Assembly: GCF_009834535.1 (NCBI RefSeq)
Contig: NC_045707.1
Location: 868,001-932,000, forward strand
From: Camelus ferus
Lineage: Eukaryota
Direction of reading: 5' to 3'
Length of the DNA stretch: 64,000 nucleotides
The notes beneath the pieces are model-generated. The model worked only from the letters and a program-made list of their open reading frames with translations. It searched no databases and was not told where the DNA came from. Position numbers and translations under genes: made by a program. Below are positions 45,710 through 57,912 of the stretch, piece by piece (within the stretch, counting starts at the first letter, position 1; each line of letters starts with the position of its first letter).

Positions 45710-46090
45710 AGCCCAGATATTCCAACATGGATTTGGTACCGTATGACTTTTGTTTGCCCCTCCAAAGCCATACTCTCCCCGTCTCTGTTCTCTGCTGCAT
45801 TCCAGACTGTGTCCTGCATCAGCAGCTTACCTTGCCCTCTGGTTTCAGACTTGGGGTGGGGGCCTGGAAGGAGATCAGGAGGAAGGAGCAGAGTGAGGGT
45901 GGGGTGTTTATTCCCTTGGCTCTCTCCATACTGACTGCCTTTGGTTGGCTGTATTACTTCCTGGAGCCTCCTTCCCCTTATCTCTTCAAGCCTTGGTGTA
46001 GTAACAGCTTCCATGGTAACCAAGTCTAGGTCCTTTCCTAAACTCTTCCGCACCCTTGTAAACAGTCACTTTATTAAACCCTTCTCCATA
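45710..46090 (+). mobile_element. ERVL solo LTR, LTR33-like
   Basis: CTTACCTTGCCCTCTGGTTTC..GGAGATCAGGAGGAAGGAG..GGTGTTTATTCCCTTGGCTC..TTGTAAACAGTCACTTTATTAAAC. Confidence 0.75.
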
Positions 46091-46109
46091 GCTTAGCCTG
46101 ACTGGTTGG

Positions 46110-46615
46110 CATGTGTTGGTGTTTATATTTTCCAAAGATGATTGCACCAATATATATCCCATTTCACATGGGTTCTTATTACAATGCGATGTTGATACTC
46201 TTCCATTAAGAGGCGGGAATCTATGTCCCCAACCCTGATATCTGGGCGGGACTCTGAAAATGGCAGAAATGATGCCAGATGAATTCCAAGACTAAGTCAT
46301 AAAAGGCAATACAGCTTCCCCCTGGTCCCCGGGGCTGCCTGTCACGGGACCAAGCCAGCATATGGAGGGGACACCAGCTGATGTCCTGGCCATGGGTCCC
46401 AGCTGACAGCAGCGTCAGCTACTAGTCGTGGAAATGACTGAGTCTTCACAGGGTTCTAGCCCTCGACCTTCGAGCTGCCCCAGCTAATGCTGAGTACAGC
46501 AGAGACCAGCTGTCCCCCTCCAGCCGTGTCCAAGCGGCCGCTTGATGAGCAAAATAAATACTGCTTTGAAGCCACTACATCTTAAGGTGGTTTGTCTTGC
46601 AACAGTAGACAGTTA
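46110..46615 (+). mobile_element. ERVL-MaLR solo LTR, MLT1G/H-like
   Basis: TATTTTCCAAAGATG..TCCCATTTCACATG..TCTATGTCCCC..TCTGGGCGGGAC..GAGCAAAATAAATACTGCTTTGAAGCCACTA..GGTTTGTCTTGCAACAGTAGA. Confidence 0.8.
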
Positions 46616-47639
46616 GTATAAGGTAATATTTGACCTCTATCTTTACTCTTGTGTTCTGTTTCACCCCTTGTTTAGAAATCTGGGTGGGGAGCGGAGATAA
46701 CTATATTGGATATGCCTCAGACCCCAGCACTCACCTGCTGTGTTCCAGTCCCTTCAACAGGCATTTCATAATGTCCCTTCATGTGTGACGCACCACGAAC
46801 CTTGGGGGAAGAGGCTGTAGAAGCAGGAGAAAGATGAAATAACCAATCAAGATCACGCAGAGACTCAACAGGAGAGAGAACCTAGCTTGGCAAAACTCCA
46901 AATCTCATGTTCTTGAAATGGCGCCAGGCTGTTCTATCTTATTCTAACGTTGATACAGAAAGCTGCTTTCCATTGTCACTGCGGTTACCAGCGTTCGGTC
47001 TGTGGAATCTACAGAATCCCTTCCTACATCCTGGTCGCCCTAGATCAAATCCTATGTCACCAGCACCTGTGATGTTCCAGGAGTGCGTTACCTCCCTGGG
47101 CGATGACCACCAGGTCAAGTTGCTTATCATCCACGCCTGCTCTGCAGGATGGTGGAGAGATACCTGGGCGTGTTTTGCAAGGTCTTTCCCATGTGACCCC
47201 TGGGACCCTCCTGTGCCCTGTGTTCTTCGCATGTGTTGACTTGTATGCTTCTTGAGATCAGGAACTACGGGGATTTGTCCATCTGTGTCCCCAGTGCCTG
47301 TAATTGAATAAGCACGTGATAAGAATTTGTTGAATGTCTGAATGCATTCTTATTTTCCTCAAGCAAAAGGTTTTATCTGATCATCTTCCCCTCCTTCATT
47401 CCTCGTTTTAAAGCCTCCCCATCACTGTGTCTGACCTTCAAGCAGACATGATGCCCTGTCTTTGGAACATGCATTTCATTCTTGGACCGGAGAACTCATC
47501 CTGCCTGATTTGTAAGCTACAGTCTGCTGACACCATGTTCTCATTTGTCTGTCACTCACTAGTTCTTTATTTAATTCTCAGTTTTTTTCACCATTTCAAG
47601 GACTGCCTCCACTACCCCCAAACTGCCACTAGAAGAGTT

Positions 47640-48200
47640 TTCTTAAAAAAAAAAGAAACAATTTGATACGTTTGTCGTCCTACTTAAACTGCCACTCACC
47701 CCTGGCTTCTACAGGACAGATTCCCAAACCTGCCATACATAAAGCCTTTCATAATCTGGCCACAGTCAGCCTTCCCGTGCCCAGCTCTCCCTGCCCCCTA
47801 ACTCATGCTGCATCCACTGAAGGCACACTGGACTGTCTGTCTTCACCTGGACAAAACGTACCCTTCCTTGATTTTTTTTGACCTTGTATCTGTTGTGTCA
47901 TTTGCTAGTTTTGCACCTGCTTCCCTGCACCACCCCTTTTTCTGCCTGGCAGTTTCCTCACCTTAAATATTGCCTCCTCTGTGGTTCTGTTCTCACCCAC
48001 CAGTCAGATAAGCGCCTCTCTCCTTTATCTGTTCACAGCGTTTGTCTGTGACTCTATTTCAGTACTTAACACATTGTTTAGTCATTTGTGTGTTTACATG
48101 GCCGACTCCCCCATCAGTCTGCAAGCTATCTGGGAGCCAGGACTGCGGTTTACTTACTGATGCACCCAGATGTTCCTGCTTCTGCCACTGACCATGATAC
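47640..48200 (+). mobile_element. L2 3' portion
   Basis: CCAAACCTGCCATACATAAAGCCTTTCATAATCTGGCC..TAAATATTGCCTCCTCTGTG..AGTCTGCAAGCTATCTGGGAGCCAGGACTG. Confidence 0.65.
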
Positions 48201-48720
48201 CAGTATAAGTAAGACCTGAGATTCAGAATCAAATGATCTGAATTTAAAACCTGGCTCTAACTTAAACTTGCTGGTTTTGAGACCAAGGAAAGTAAGTTAC
48301 CTTCTTTAAGCCCACATTTTCTGTTTTTCTTTTTTTATTTATTTTTAAGAATAAGAATGCCTTATTTATAGGAGTGTGTGTGTTACATGAGATAACCCAT
48401 ATAAAACACTTGTCACATAGTAGACACTTGATATCACCTGCAATAATTATCATTTATGCTGATGAGTTACCATGCATAAGCTCATGAACTCTCAGAGCAA
48501 TTCTACTGAGCAGGCATAATTATTCCCAGTTTGCAGGTAGGTAAATAGGCTCTGACAGAATAAGGCGCTTTCCCAGAGTTGCGTGGTTGGTGTGTAGTGC
48601 AGTATCGAGGTCAGGGTGCTTCCGAGGGGCTCAGTACAAGCTTGGTGAGTCTAAAGCAGTGTGGCTGGCCTTTGCCTGTCTGGTGGTTGACACAGATTTC
48701 AAATCCCTTTGCCACTGGAG
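48200..48720. mobile_element. Adjacent MIR SINE fragments (sense then antisense)
   Basis: GACCTGAGATTCAGAATC..AAGTTACCTTCTTTAAGCC (sense); CTCAGAGCAATTCTACTGAGCAGGCATAATTATTCCCAGTTTGCAGG..GATTTCAAATCCC (antisense). Confidence 0.65.
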
Positions 48721-50014
48721 CCAGAGTTCAGCCCAAGGAAGGACTGTCCAGTGTTCTTTCCCTTCCACCTCCCACGTTGAGTTTGGAGCCAGGCTGCGTG
48801 TGGGCTGGTTTGTTTGTTTTTAATGCCACTGGAAAGATGTCTTCAGACCCATTCCCAGGTCAGTACACAAACTCATTCCATCTGCCTTACAATTAAGATT
48901 CAAAAGCAGACAGCAAGAAAATCTCTCCCTGTGCACCGATTCCAATCAGCGATGATGCTCTAAATGACCAGCTAATAAAGAATTCACAAAAGCAAACCAC
49001 GCCATTAAATATAGAATGGTATCGATGCCGACCTGTTGGGAGCAGTTTCTGTTCCTTTTCCAGAACAATGTCTGAGAACAAGAATATAATCCTCCTTCCT
49101 TGAACATTTTTTTGCCCTTTTAAGTAGAGACATCTCTAAAATGAAGATCTGTCAGGAGGTATCCGTTCCCCGGAAGCCAATAAAAGGATGCTTTCAAAAC
49201 ACATAGGCCCCATCACGTTCCCTGTGAATTGTTAGTACATGATGAGGCTCGTCCACAGACCAGCCCGACCGGTGATTAAAACACAGTCCTTCTCTCAGAT
49301 GAGTTCAACTGGGCTCTGCACGTGCTAGTCTGTGATGGGGAAATGGAAGGAGAGGCATTTGAAAACCAAACCAAACATTCTTATATCCTTGTAGATGACG
49401 AACACAATGACAGGCTGCCTCTGTGCTGCGAGCTTTCTGTGTAAGATCTCACTTGGGGGCTGAGAAGAGTCCCGGGAAGGAGCCCCTATTATTGTCCCCA
49501 TTTTACAGATGAGCAGAGTTTGGGGACGTCATGGTGACGGAGGGTTGTGTGCCCAGCTGTATCTGGTCCCCAAACCCTGCCTCTTAGTCATGACTCACAG
49601 GAGAAAAGTCCCGAGTCCCCTAGTAGTGGGGGTGTTTTGGCTGAATGAGTACCAAGCCTGGAATTTAGTGTTTTTACGCACATTAGACCAATTTAGCCTG
49701 CCTCGTCCATTTTCGTCACTTTATTGGGGAACTGGGGATCTGTGAGATTAGTCACTCTCTCAAGGCGACCCAGTTGGTAAGCAGAACAATCTCAGCTTCT
49801 CAAATGAGATCCCCTTGTGCCTGGTAGGGTGGTCGAGGTCAGCGGTGGGGACGGGCAGAAGGAAGCTTCCGCTCTTTTATGGGGTTGGGTGGGCAGCACG
49901 CGGCTTCACTGAGGTCGGATTCTCTGAGGTTGGGAAAGGCCAGCTGGGACTAGAAAGACCCACTTTGCACTCCTTCCTGCCAGGCTCAGTGGCCTGGCGA
50001 GTAACTGGGGAGAC

Positions 50015-50394
50015 GGCATCAGTCTGCTCTGGCGGCCATAACAGAGTGCCAGACACCTGGCAGCTTAAGCCACAGAAATGCATCCTCTCACCGTTCCAGA
50101 GGCTGGAAGTCCAAGGCCAAGGGCTGGTTTCCTCTGAGGCCTCCCTCCCCTTGGCTTTTAGGCGGCCGCCTTCACATGGCCGTGCCTCTCTGGGTGTGCC
50201 TGCCTGTGTCCAGATTTCCTCTTCTTATAAACCTACTACATATATTGGATTAAGAATCAACCTAAGGGACTCATTTTAACTTAATCACCTCTTGAAAGAC
50301 CCCATCTTAAAATACAGTCAGTTTGAAGTACTAGGGGTTAGGGTTTCAACACAAGAATTTGGGAGAGGCAGAGGCCACAATTCAGACCTTCACA
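50015..50394 (-). mobile_element. ERVL-MaLR solo LTR, MLT1B-like
   Basis: CAGTCTGCTCTGGCGGCCATAACAGAGTGCCAGA..GAGGCTGGAAGTCCAAG..TTTCCTCTTCTTATAA..CATTTTAACTTAATCACCTC..GTACTAGGGGTTAGG..TCACA. Confidence 0.9.
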
Positions 50395-52659
50395 GAGAAC
50401 TTGTAGGGTTTTTTATTTTTGTTTTAACCACATGGCTTCGTTAAACATCCACTTAGACCTTTACCGACTGGATCTTTGGTGGGTCCGTATGGTGAGAACC
50501 CCCAAACCTCTTCTACCCTCAGTTTCCCTGTCTCTAAAACTGAACGGTGACTGTGAGAATAACACGGGATGATACATTTAAAGCGCAAAGCTTCTTAGGA
50601 GCTCAAAGCATTGGTTCCCACTCTGCTGCACAAACTTTTCTCACACCCAGTGGTGGCTAAATCCTGATTCTATTCCCAAAGTATTTCTGGCTTCTCTGTG
50701 GGCAGTTCAAGGCTGGGGTCAACAGCATTTCATTTGGGGAACACGCTGCTTGAGCTTGTGGTGGTGAACTTTTTCCTGCCTACGGTCTCTGGCTTGTGCC
50801 TTTAGAGTGGCGGGGACCATGCTCTGCGTTTGCACAGTTTTGTTTTATTTTCCTCTTCCTGGGCATGCGAGCAGGATACAGTGCCTGGCGATCCTGACGG
50901 GTTGGTTAGAGATACGTGACTAGTTCCAGCCCATAATATGTGGATAGAGGGGATATAATCTACTCCCAAGCCATGCCACGTATTTTTTTTTTTAAGATTC
51001 TATGTACAAGTGATACCGTATGGTATTGTCTTTCTGTGTCTGGCTACTTCACTTAGCATAATGCTTTGAGCATCCTTGGTTGTGCCTTGCCCTAACCTTC
51101 AAGCAGGACTTAATACCTCTTTATAACATACCCCCAACATAGTCCTCTTCTCAAAGCATTAGTGAGCAATGTATACTTTATTAAAGATTTTGTAGAGGGT
51201 ATTCAGAAAGGTCTTATATGCTCTGCCCTGCAAGAAATACCCTTTTGTTTGGTATTTTTGGATACCCCACCAATTGTGTGTGTGTGTGTGTATGTGTTTT
51301 CCCCCTTTTTTCCACTCAGGGCTCCAACTTCTCAGTCTTGGCTTCCAGCTCCTAGATCTTCTTCCTCCCCCTATTCACATCACTCTTCTCCTCCTATTTT
51401 ATAGAATAATTTACCTCTGATTCTTTCAAGCTTATGTCTCCACAGTTGACACTTTGCTCAGCTTCTGTAGTCCCCAGAATCTGCCTCACTCAGGAAGTGG
51501 AACAGTTCCACCACTGGTTAGCCATGTGAGCTGGGGGTGTAATTGAACGTCTCCACACCTTTGTTTCCTTGTTTGTACGTCGGAGGAAAAGAGGACAGTA
51601 CCTACCGCATACAACCACAGGGATGCTGTGTAGAGTAAATGTGTTGATATTTTTAAAAAATGTTTTCTAACACATTATTATAACTTCATACAGCTGGTGT
51701 GAGGGCTGCATGAATGAATGAGGTCATGTCTTTGAAGCTCCCTTTGCATAATACCTGGGATGTAATAAAGTGCTAAAAACATAATGATTTTTATAATTCT
51801 TACATTATTATTGCCACTACTGGTGAAAGATTGCTACCATAGGAAGGTCCCAAAAAAAGATATGTGACTTAGACCTCTCATGTCTTGTTTTACTTTTGAC
51901 AAGGAAAGGGACTTGTGGAAAGAGGCCTTTTCAAGGTTGAAACTCAGAAAGACTCCAGAAATTCAGGAACCCTATCTCCAGTGCCAAATCTTGAAAGCCC
52001 TGATAAAAGTGATTATTGATTAATGCTCTGTGGTCTACCCACCCCGGGGGTGATGCTGCCTGCTTACTAAGAGGAAAACCTGCTGACTACGGGCCTTGTC
52101 GGACGCTGCTGAAGTCCGAGAAGTCAGGGAAATTGCCTTTCCTGGGGAAGGTGGGGAAGCTGGGACACACCCACCTGTCAGGGATTTTGCAGGCCCAGCC
52201 TGGGTTGGAGGTTGAGGGGGGCAGGTACATGACCTTGGGAGGGACCTTCAGTCACATCACCGCCCTTCTGACCCCCGAAGTCTGTGTTGAGATTCCGCTT
52301 TGCTTACTGAGCAGCCTGACCGGAAAAAAGAGTGTATCTGCAGTCTTGCTTGATCCCTTTTAACTTAAAACCAAAGTCATCATCTTCCCCTTCAGTAACA
52401 GCCTTCTCCTCGCCTCCCAGAGCTTCCTTTCCCCGTGACAGTGACACCGCTCGCCCAGGACCCCTGGATGGGCTCCTCGAATCTCTCTCTCCCTGATGCC
52501 CTCTATTCGCTTCCCAGTCCTGCGGCTGCTCCCCTCTCGCAGCCGCATCACTTTCCACCGCCGTTAGTTTATGCTCTCATCAACGCTCTTCTGGGCAACT
52601 GCAAGCCCAGCTTTTGTTCTTGCTCTTGCTAAAATAAAAACAAAGCAAAACCCCGGTCA

Positions 52660-53077
52660 CCCTCTATCAGGTTTTGCTATGCTATCATGTAATAAATAGC
52701 AACTCCCAAATCTCAGGGGTGTCCTACACAAAGGCTTAGTCCTTTGTGCTCTGTATCTTCATCTCCAGTTGCTGTATCTGCTCCACGTTACTCAGGACAC
52801 ATGTCCTGGAGCGCAGCCTCCACTTTCTGGAATAATAATTCTCTTCCTGTCCTAGACAAAGAGAGAGAACACGGTGATTTCTCTCCCCAGCCCTCAACCC
52901 TTCTCTCTTTTCTGGTGACTTATCTTTTAACCATCTTTCTGGAAGTGACACAAATGACTTTTCATCATATTTAATTGGCCAAGCAAGTTATATGACAGAC
53001 CTAGTTTCAATGACATTATAATCCACCACTGAGGTGGGGAATCAGATGTTGGTAAGCAGTTTCATAGTCTGCTATAC
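52660..53077 (-). mobile_element. ERVL-MaLR solo LTR, MLT1J-like
   Basis: TATCAGGTTTTGCTATGCT..GTAATAAATAGCAACTCCCAAATCTCAG..GGAAGTGACACAAATGACTTT..TTAATTGGCCAAGCAAGTTATATG. Confidence 0.8.
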
Positions 53078-53382
53078 TCCCGATATCCAAAACTTCAGCT
53101 TGGCACTAACTGGTAAAATTGGGCTTTGGCATCGGATCCGGGATTAAAGCCTTCACCAGTTTGATGTATTTTTCCTTATATTTATGCACTCATTCACAAT
53201 TCTATTTTTCTATGAGTTTATCCAACCATGACTTATCCAACCATGAGTTTATGCAGCCAACATACTTTCAACCAACTCCTGTGCAAATAGCTGGGAACAG
53301 GGATACATAAGATACAAATCCTGTCTTCAGAAAGTTCACAGACAGAGAGAAATGAAAAATAAATGTACTTAAAACTATATCA

Positions 53383-53678
53383 CAGACATAGAAAACAAAC
53401 TTATGGTTACCAGGAGGGGAAGCGGTTGGGAAGGGATAAATTAGGAGTTTGAGATTTGCAGATACTACTATATATAAAATAGATAAACAACAAGTTCATA
53501 CTGTATAGCACATACACTGTTCACACTGTATAGAACATATAAAATATGTTCAATATTTTATAGTAACTTATGGTGAAAAAGAATATGAAAATGAATATAT
53601 GTATGTTCATGTATGACTAAAGCATTATGCTGTACACCAGAAATTGACACATTGTAAACTGACTATACTTATATATGT
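53383..53678 (+). mobile_element. Young camelid L1 3' end with 11-bp TSD and no poly(A)
   Basis: CAGACATAGAAAACAAACTTATGGTTACC..GAGATTTGCAGATACT..GCTGTACACCAGAAATTGACAC..GACTATACTT; TSD AAACTATATCA at 53372-53382 and 53679-53689. Confidence 0.88.
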
Positions 53679-53829
53679 AAACTATATCATAGAAAATGAC
53701 AAACATATCAATATGAATGAAATACTACAATGAACTCCCTTGAACTTCTCACTCGGCTCCAGCAATTATAAATTCATCACCAACATTGCCAGTCTTGTTT
53801 TGTCTATACTTCTACCAACATCCTTTGTA

Positions 53830-54060
53830 TTATTTTTTTGAGTTTGAATTTTTGTTGAGATCATTGTAGATTCACAAGAAGTTGTATGAAATGACACAGA
53901 AAGATCTGCGTACCCTTCACCCACTTCCCTCCAACGGTTACGTCTTGCAAAAACTACAGTACAATATCACAACTGGGATCTTAACATTGAAACAGGCTGC
54001 TGATCTTACTCAGACTTCTCCAGTTTTACCTGTATGCTTGTCCTCTATTGTGTGTTTTGT
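53830..54060 (-). mobile_element. L1MB7/8-like 3' terminus nested in L1MC
   Basis: GAGATCATTGTAGATTCACAAGAAGTTG..CTTGCAAAACTACAGTACAATATCACAAC. Confidence 0.75.
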
Positions 54061-56520
54061 TCATATTATATTGACACAAATTTCAGACATTGTATGATTG
54101 CCCCCAGAATTCTTAGTTATGTATCTTTACAAAAGAAAAACTCTTAGAAAAACATACAGTATCATTATCATATCTTAAAAAGCCAGCAATAATTCTTCAG
54201 TACCATCAAACATTAAGGTAGTGTTTAAATTTCCATTTTTCATAACTGTCTCTTTTTAATAACTTGCTTGAAAATGTCCATACCTTGTGATTGTTTGACA
54301 TATATTTTAAGACTCTAAATCTAATGTATTCCTCATCTCTCTTTCCCTTCCTGGCAACTATGTCTTTTGTCTTTATTGCTTCCCCTAGTCTGCATTGGAG
54401 TGATGTATCCACATTTTACATTTTAAAATATTTCTCTATCATCTTTATTTCCTATAAATGGGCAACTGGATCTAAAGCCTTGATCAGATTCAGGTTCATT
54501 TCATATTTTGTATTTTTGACAAGACTCTTCCACCAGGAGGCACATCGAGTCTCAGTCTCTCTTTGTGATGCTGGTGACAATGGTCAATGCCTACCTTTGT
54601 CAATTAATTAGGGGTTACAAAATGGCAACATTCTGATTTTATTGTTCCTTTTTGATTCTTTGAGTTAGTAATTCAATATAGAATTCTTGATGCTAGAAAA
54701 ATCCATTTTTTTTCCTCTGCTGTTTGGTTGCCTAGAAGTAAAGGAAGTCAGGAATTTAAAGTAGTTAACTGAGTTTTCTAATATCTTTCAATAGTGATCA
54801 ATTAGTTTACATTTTAAAAACATTGTTATGCACTCACAAGTGCAAATAAATTTGCTGTATTTTAACCCACAGAAGTTATTTTCTCCTGATGCTCACAATG
54901 TCCTATTTTTGGCCAGTGGAAGTCTCATCGACTTGGTTCCTGATTCTTTTTGATGTGCTGGTGGTCTTTTTTGGATAGGTTCCTAGGACTCTGGTAGGGC
55001 AGTATGTATGTTAATATCAATATATATTGATTTATATTAATAATGTTTATATAATATAAAGTAATCATATAATTAATTTATATTAATAGTGCTTTAGGCT
55101 CACCTTATGCATTTCCTGCTCCAGATAATCAGTGGTTTCTGCCAGGAGCCCTGATTTCTTACTGGGAAAAGAAATTTCAAGACTTTAGTCTGTGCTTTAA
55201 GGATCTCACTGCTATTAGAGTTTTCAATGTTTTAGATATTTTCAGTAGACAGTGCTAAGAAATATTTTTTCAGAGACACTACATCATGAGTTTATACTGA
55301 TGTTTGCAATCCAGTGCCAAGATTATAAGGTTTCTCCTTAATCGTTTCTGTATTCTATCTACATCTCCTTCCTTCTTTTCGAAGATGCTTGATTGCATGA
55401 AAATTGGAAATAATAGAGTATTATGGAAATTTGCTTTATTATTACTGTACACAACAAACTAATAATACCAATACTCTCTCTAATAATATGATTACTGAAA
55501 ATGTTCATTTTTATTTTGTATTTTAAAAAATCCTTAGTGTATAGCTCACTATGGAAGGACGGTTAAAATTATTGTGCTTTAAAGTTATTTGGAATACTAT
55601 CTCTCTGTGTGGCTCTGCCACCAGTTGAACACACTTATTGGGATTTTTGTTGTTGTTATTACATTGATTTATTTTTAATTTTTAGCCAATACTTTTAATT
55701 TTATTTACAATTATATAAAATGATTCATAATTCTAAATCAAATCTATAAAACAAGATATATTCAAATAAGTCTAGCTTCTATCTCTGTACCTCTCACCCT
55801 AGTCCTTCCCTCCCTTATAGATAACCATTAAAACATCTGTGGTTTATCTTTTATTGATTTTTAATTGAAATATGTGTATATATATATATATAAAAACACC
55901 TCCCTTTCCTAATAAACAGGAGCATACTATACGTACTTTTCGATACTTTCTTATTTTCTCTTAAACATATATTTTGGGATTTACTCCACAGCAGTATATA
56001 GAGATATGCCTCATTTATTCTTTTTTCAGTTGTATGCTAATATCCTCAGTCCCCTCATTTTGGGTTATGGTCTATTGGTTCTCTGCTATGAGCAATGTAA
56101 ATTAATGAGCAGCCTGTTCTTCCTCCTCTCATATCTCCCCCACAGAAGGAATACTTTTAATTCCCAGCTAATAACTGTCATCAACCAGCTTAATCCAGTG
56201 CCTCTGCACTCTCCCTCTCCTCCCACCCATTTTTTATAGTTGTGCTGTGTTGGCATTGTCATAACATACAGTCAGTGCCTACTGTACGCTCTCCCTTATA
56301 ATTTTCTTAGCTCTACAGAAACACGCACACAGTTTTATATATTTATGTTTATTTAATGTTCCAGGGACTTGGATTAACTGAAGCTTACAGTCAAGTGGAT
56401 ACTCAAGGGGAGCTCAGGGGAATGCTATTCTCTTAGTACTCTTGATGAGAACCGTTTGAAAGTCAGCTTGGCTAGATAGGAAAATCTTTGGCTCACATCT
56501 CTCCCTTTTCATTTATTTCA

Positions 56521-56680
56521 NNNNNNNNNNNNNNNNNNNNNNNNNNNNNNNNNNNNNNNNNNNNNNNNNNNNNNNNNNNNNNNNNNNNNNNNNNNNNNNN
56601 NNNNNNNNNNNNNNNNNNNNNNNNNNNNNNNNNNNNNNNNNNNNNNNNNNNNNNNNNNNNNNNNNNNNNNNNNNNNNNNN
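56521..56680. other. Assembly gap (160 N)
   Basis: Run of N inside L1 sequence. Confidence 0.99.
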
Positions 56681-57816
56681 AGCAGACACTCCTCATCCCC
56701 TCCTCCCTCCAGCCCCAGCACCCACTAATCTACTTTTTGTCTTTGTAGATTTGCTTGTTGTAGACATTTCATGTAAAGGGAATCATACAAATGGAGTATT
56801 TCATGACTGGCTTCATTCACTCAGCATTCACAGTGTCTTTCTTTGAATGTATTAAATATGTTACCCATTGTCCTCTGGCATAATGTGTTGCTCTCAAAAC
56901 ATTTGATGACAATCTGATATTCTTATCCTTATAAGTGACTTGGTTTCTGTGCTTGGATACCCTAAGATTTTTCTTTTTTCTTTAAAGTCAAACAATTTTA
57001 CTAGAGTGTGTATCTATATTGGTTGACATGGGTTGATTGTACCTAATACATAATGTGCCATTTTAAATGAAGTTTCAAATAAAAAACATTTTAGGATAAT
57101 TTTTTCAAGCTACAGATTTAGAATTTGTTTTCTTTCTTTTCCTTGGATTTCCTTCATCTAGAACTCTAATTATACACATGTTGGATCATCTTTGACTTTT
57201 ATATTTGTTACTTTCCTTTAACAATTCCTATTTCTCTATCTCTTTTTATTTAAGTTTTTCTCCTTTTCATCTTCTATTTCTTTTAAAGCATTAGCTGTTG
57301 TTTCTTTACTCTTCTGTTTTTTCTTCTATTTTAGTCTTCATTTCTGAAGTGTTATTTTTCTTTTGTTTCTAAAATTTTCCTGAATTTTATCACCCCATTT
57401 TTCAGTCTTTCTTATCCTGATTTATGTTGTTAGCTCATATCTTCTCTTATTGGTTCTAATTTCTTTTAGACCCTTTGGAAATACTAGGTTATAAGCAGTT
57501 TCATTTGTTTCTTTTAAACATTTTTCAGGATCATTCTTTTATCATATATTGGAACATTATTCTGCTTTTACCTTGCTGTTTTCATAGTAATTTTATACAG
57601 AATTTAAGCATAATGTTTTTCTCATTTTTGCATGGTATTTCTTTTTCTGCATTCTTTGATCAGAGGGACTGTCAAGATAGAATTTCTAGCCTTCGAACTC
57701 GGGAGTTCTCTTTTCTATTGTTGTTGTGAAGTGTTAAATAGTCAAGGCCTTATGAATTCTGAGATCTCATGGTTTCTGAATTCCTCCCTCCACTTTGTTT
57801 TTTAACTGTATTATTA

Positions 57817-57912
57817 TTTTTTTTAATTGAGGTATAGTCAGTTTACACTGTTGTGTCAATTTCTTGTGTACAGCACAGTGTCACACTTGGATATACATAT
57901 ATTCATTTTCAT
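57817..57912 (-). mobile_element. Short young camelid L1 3' terminus
   Basis: TTTTTTTTAATTGAGGTATAGTCAGTTTACACTGTTGTGTCAATTTCTTGTGTACAGCA..ATATTCATTTTCATA. Confidence 0.8.

Noticed and set aside
46007-46020. Second RFX X-box (GCTTCCATGGTAAC)
   Set aside because: It has a mismatch in the conserved half-site and lies inside an LTR33-like repeat.
5219-49600. Scattered AP-1 (TGASTCA), MEF2-like and partial CTCF motifs
   Set aside because: Counts are near random expectation (about 8 AP-1 heptamers per 64 kb); the CTCF-like matches lack key consensus positions.
52521-52547. GC-rich 9-bp hairpin TGCGGCTGC/GCAGCCGCA
   Set aside because: About two such 9-bp short-loop stems are expected by chance in 64 kb. 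The overlapping minus-strand ORF (52304-52558) has an in-frame stop between it and the nearby acceptor.
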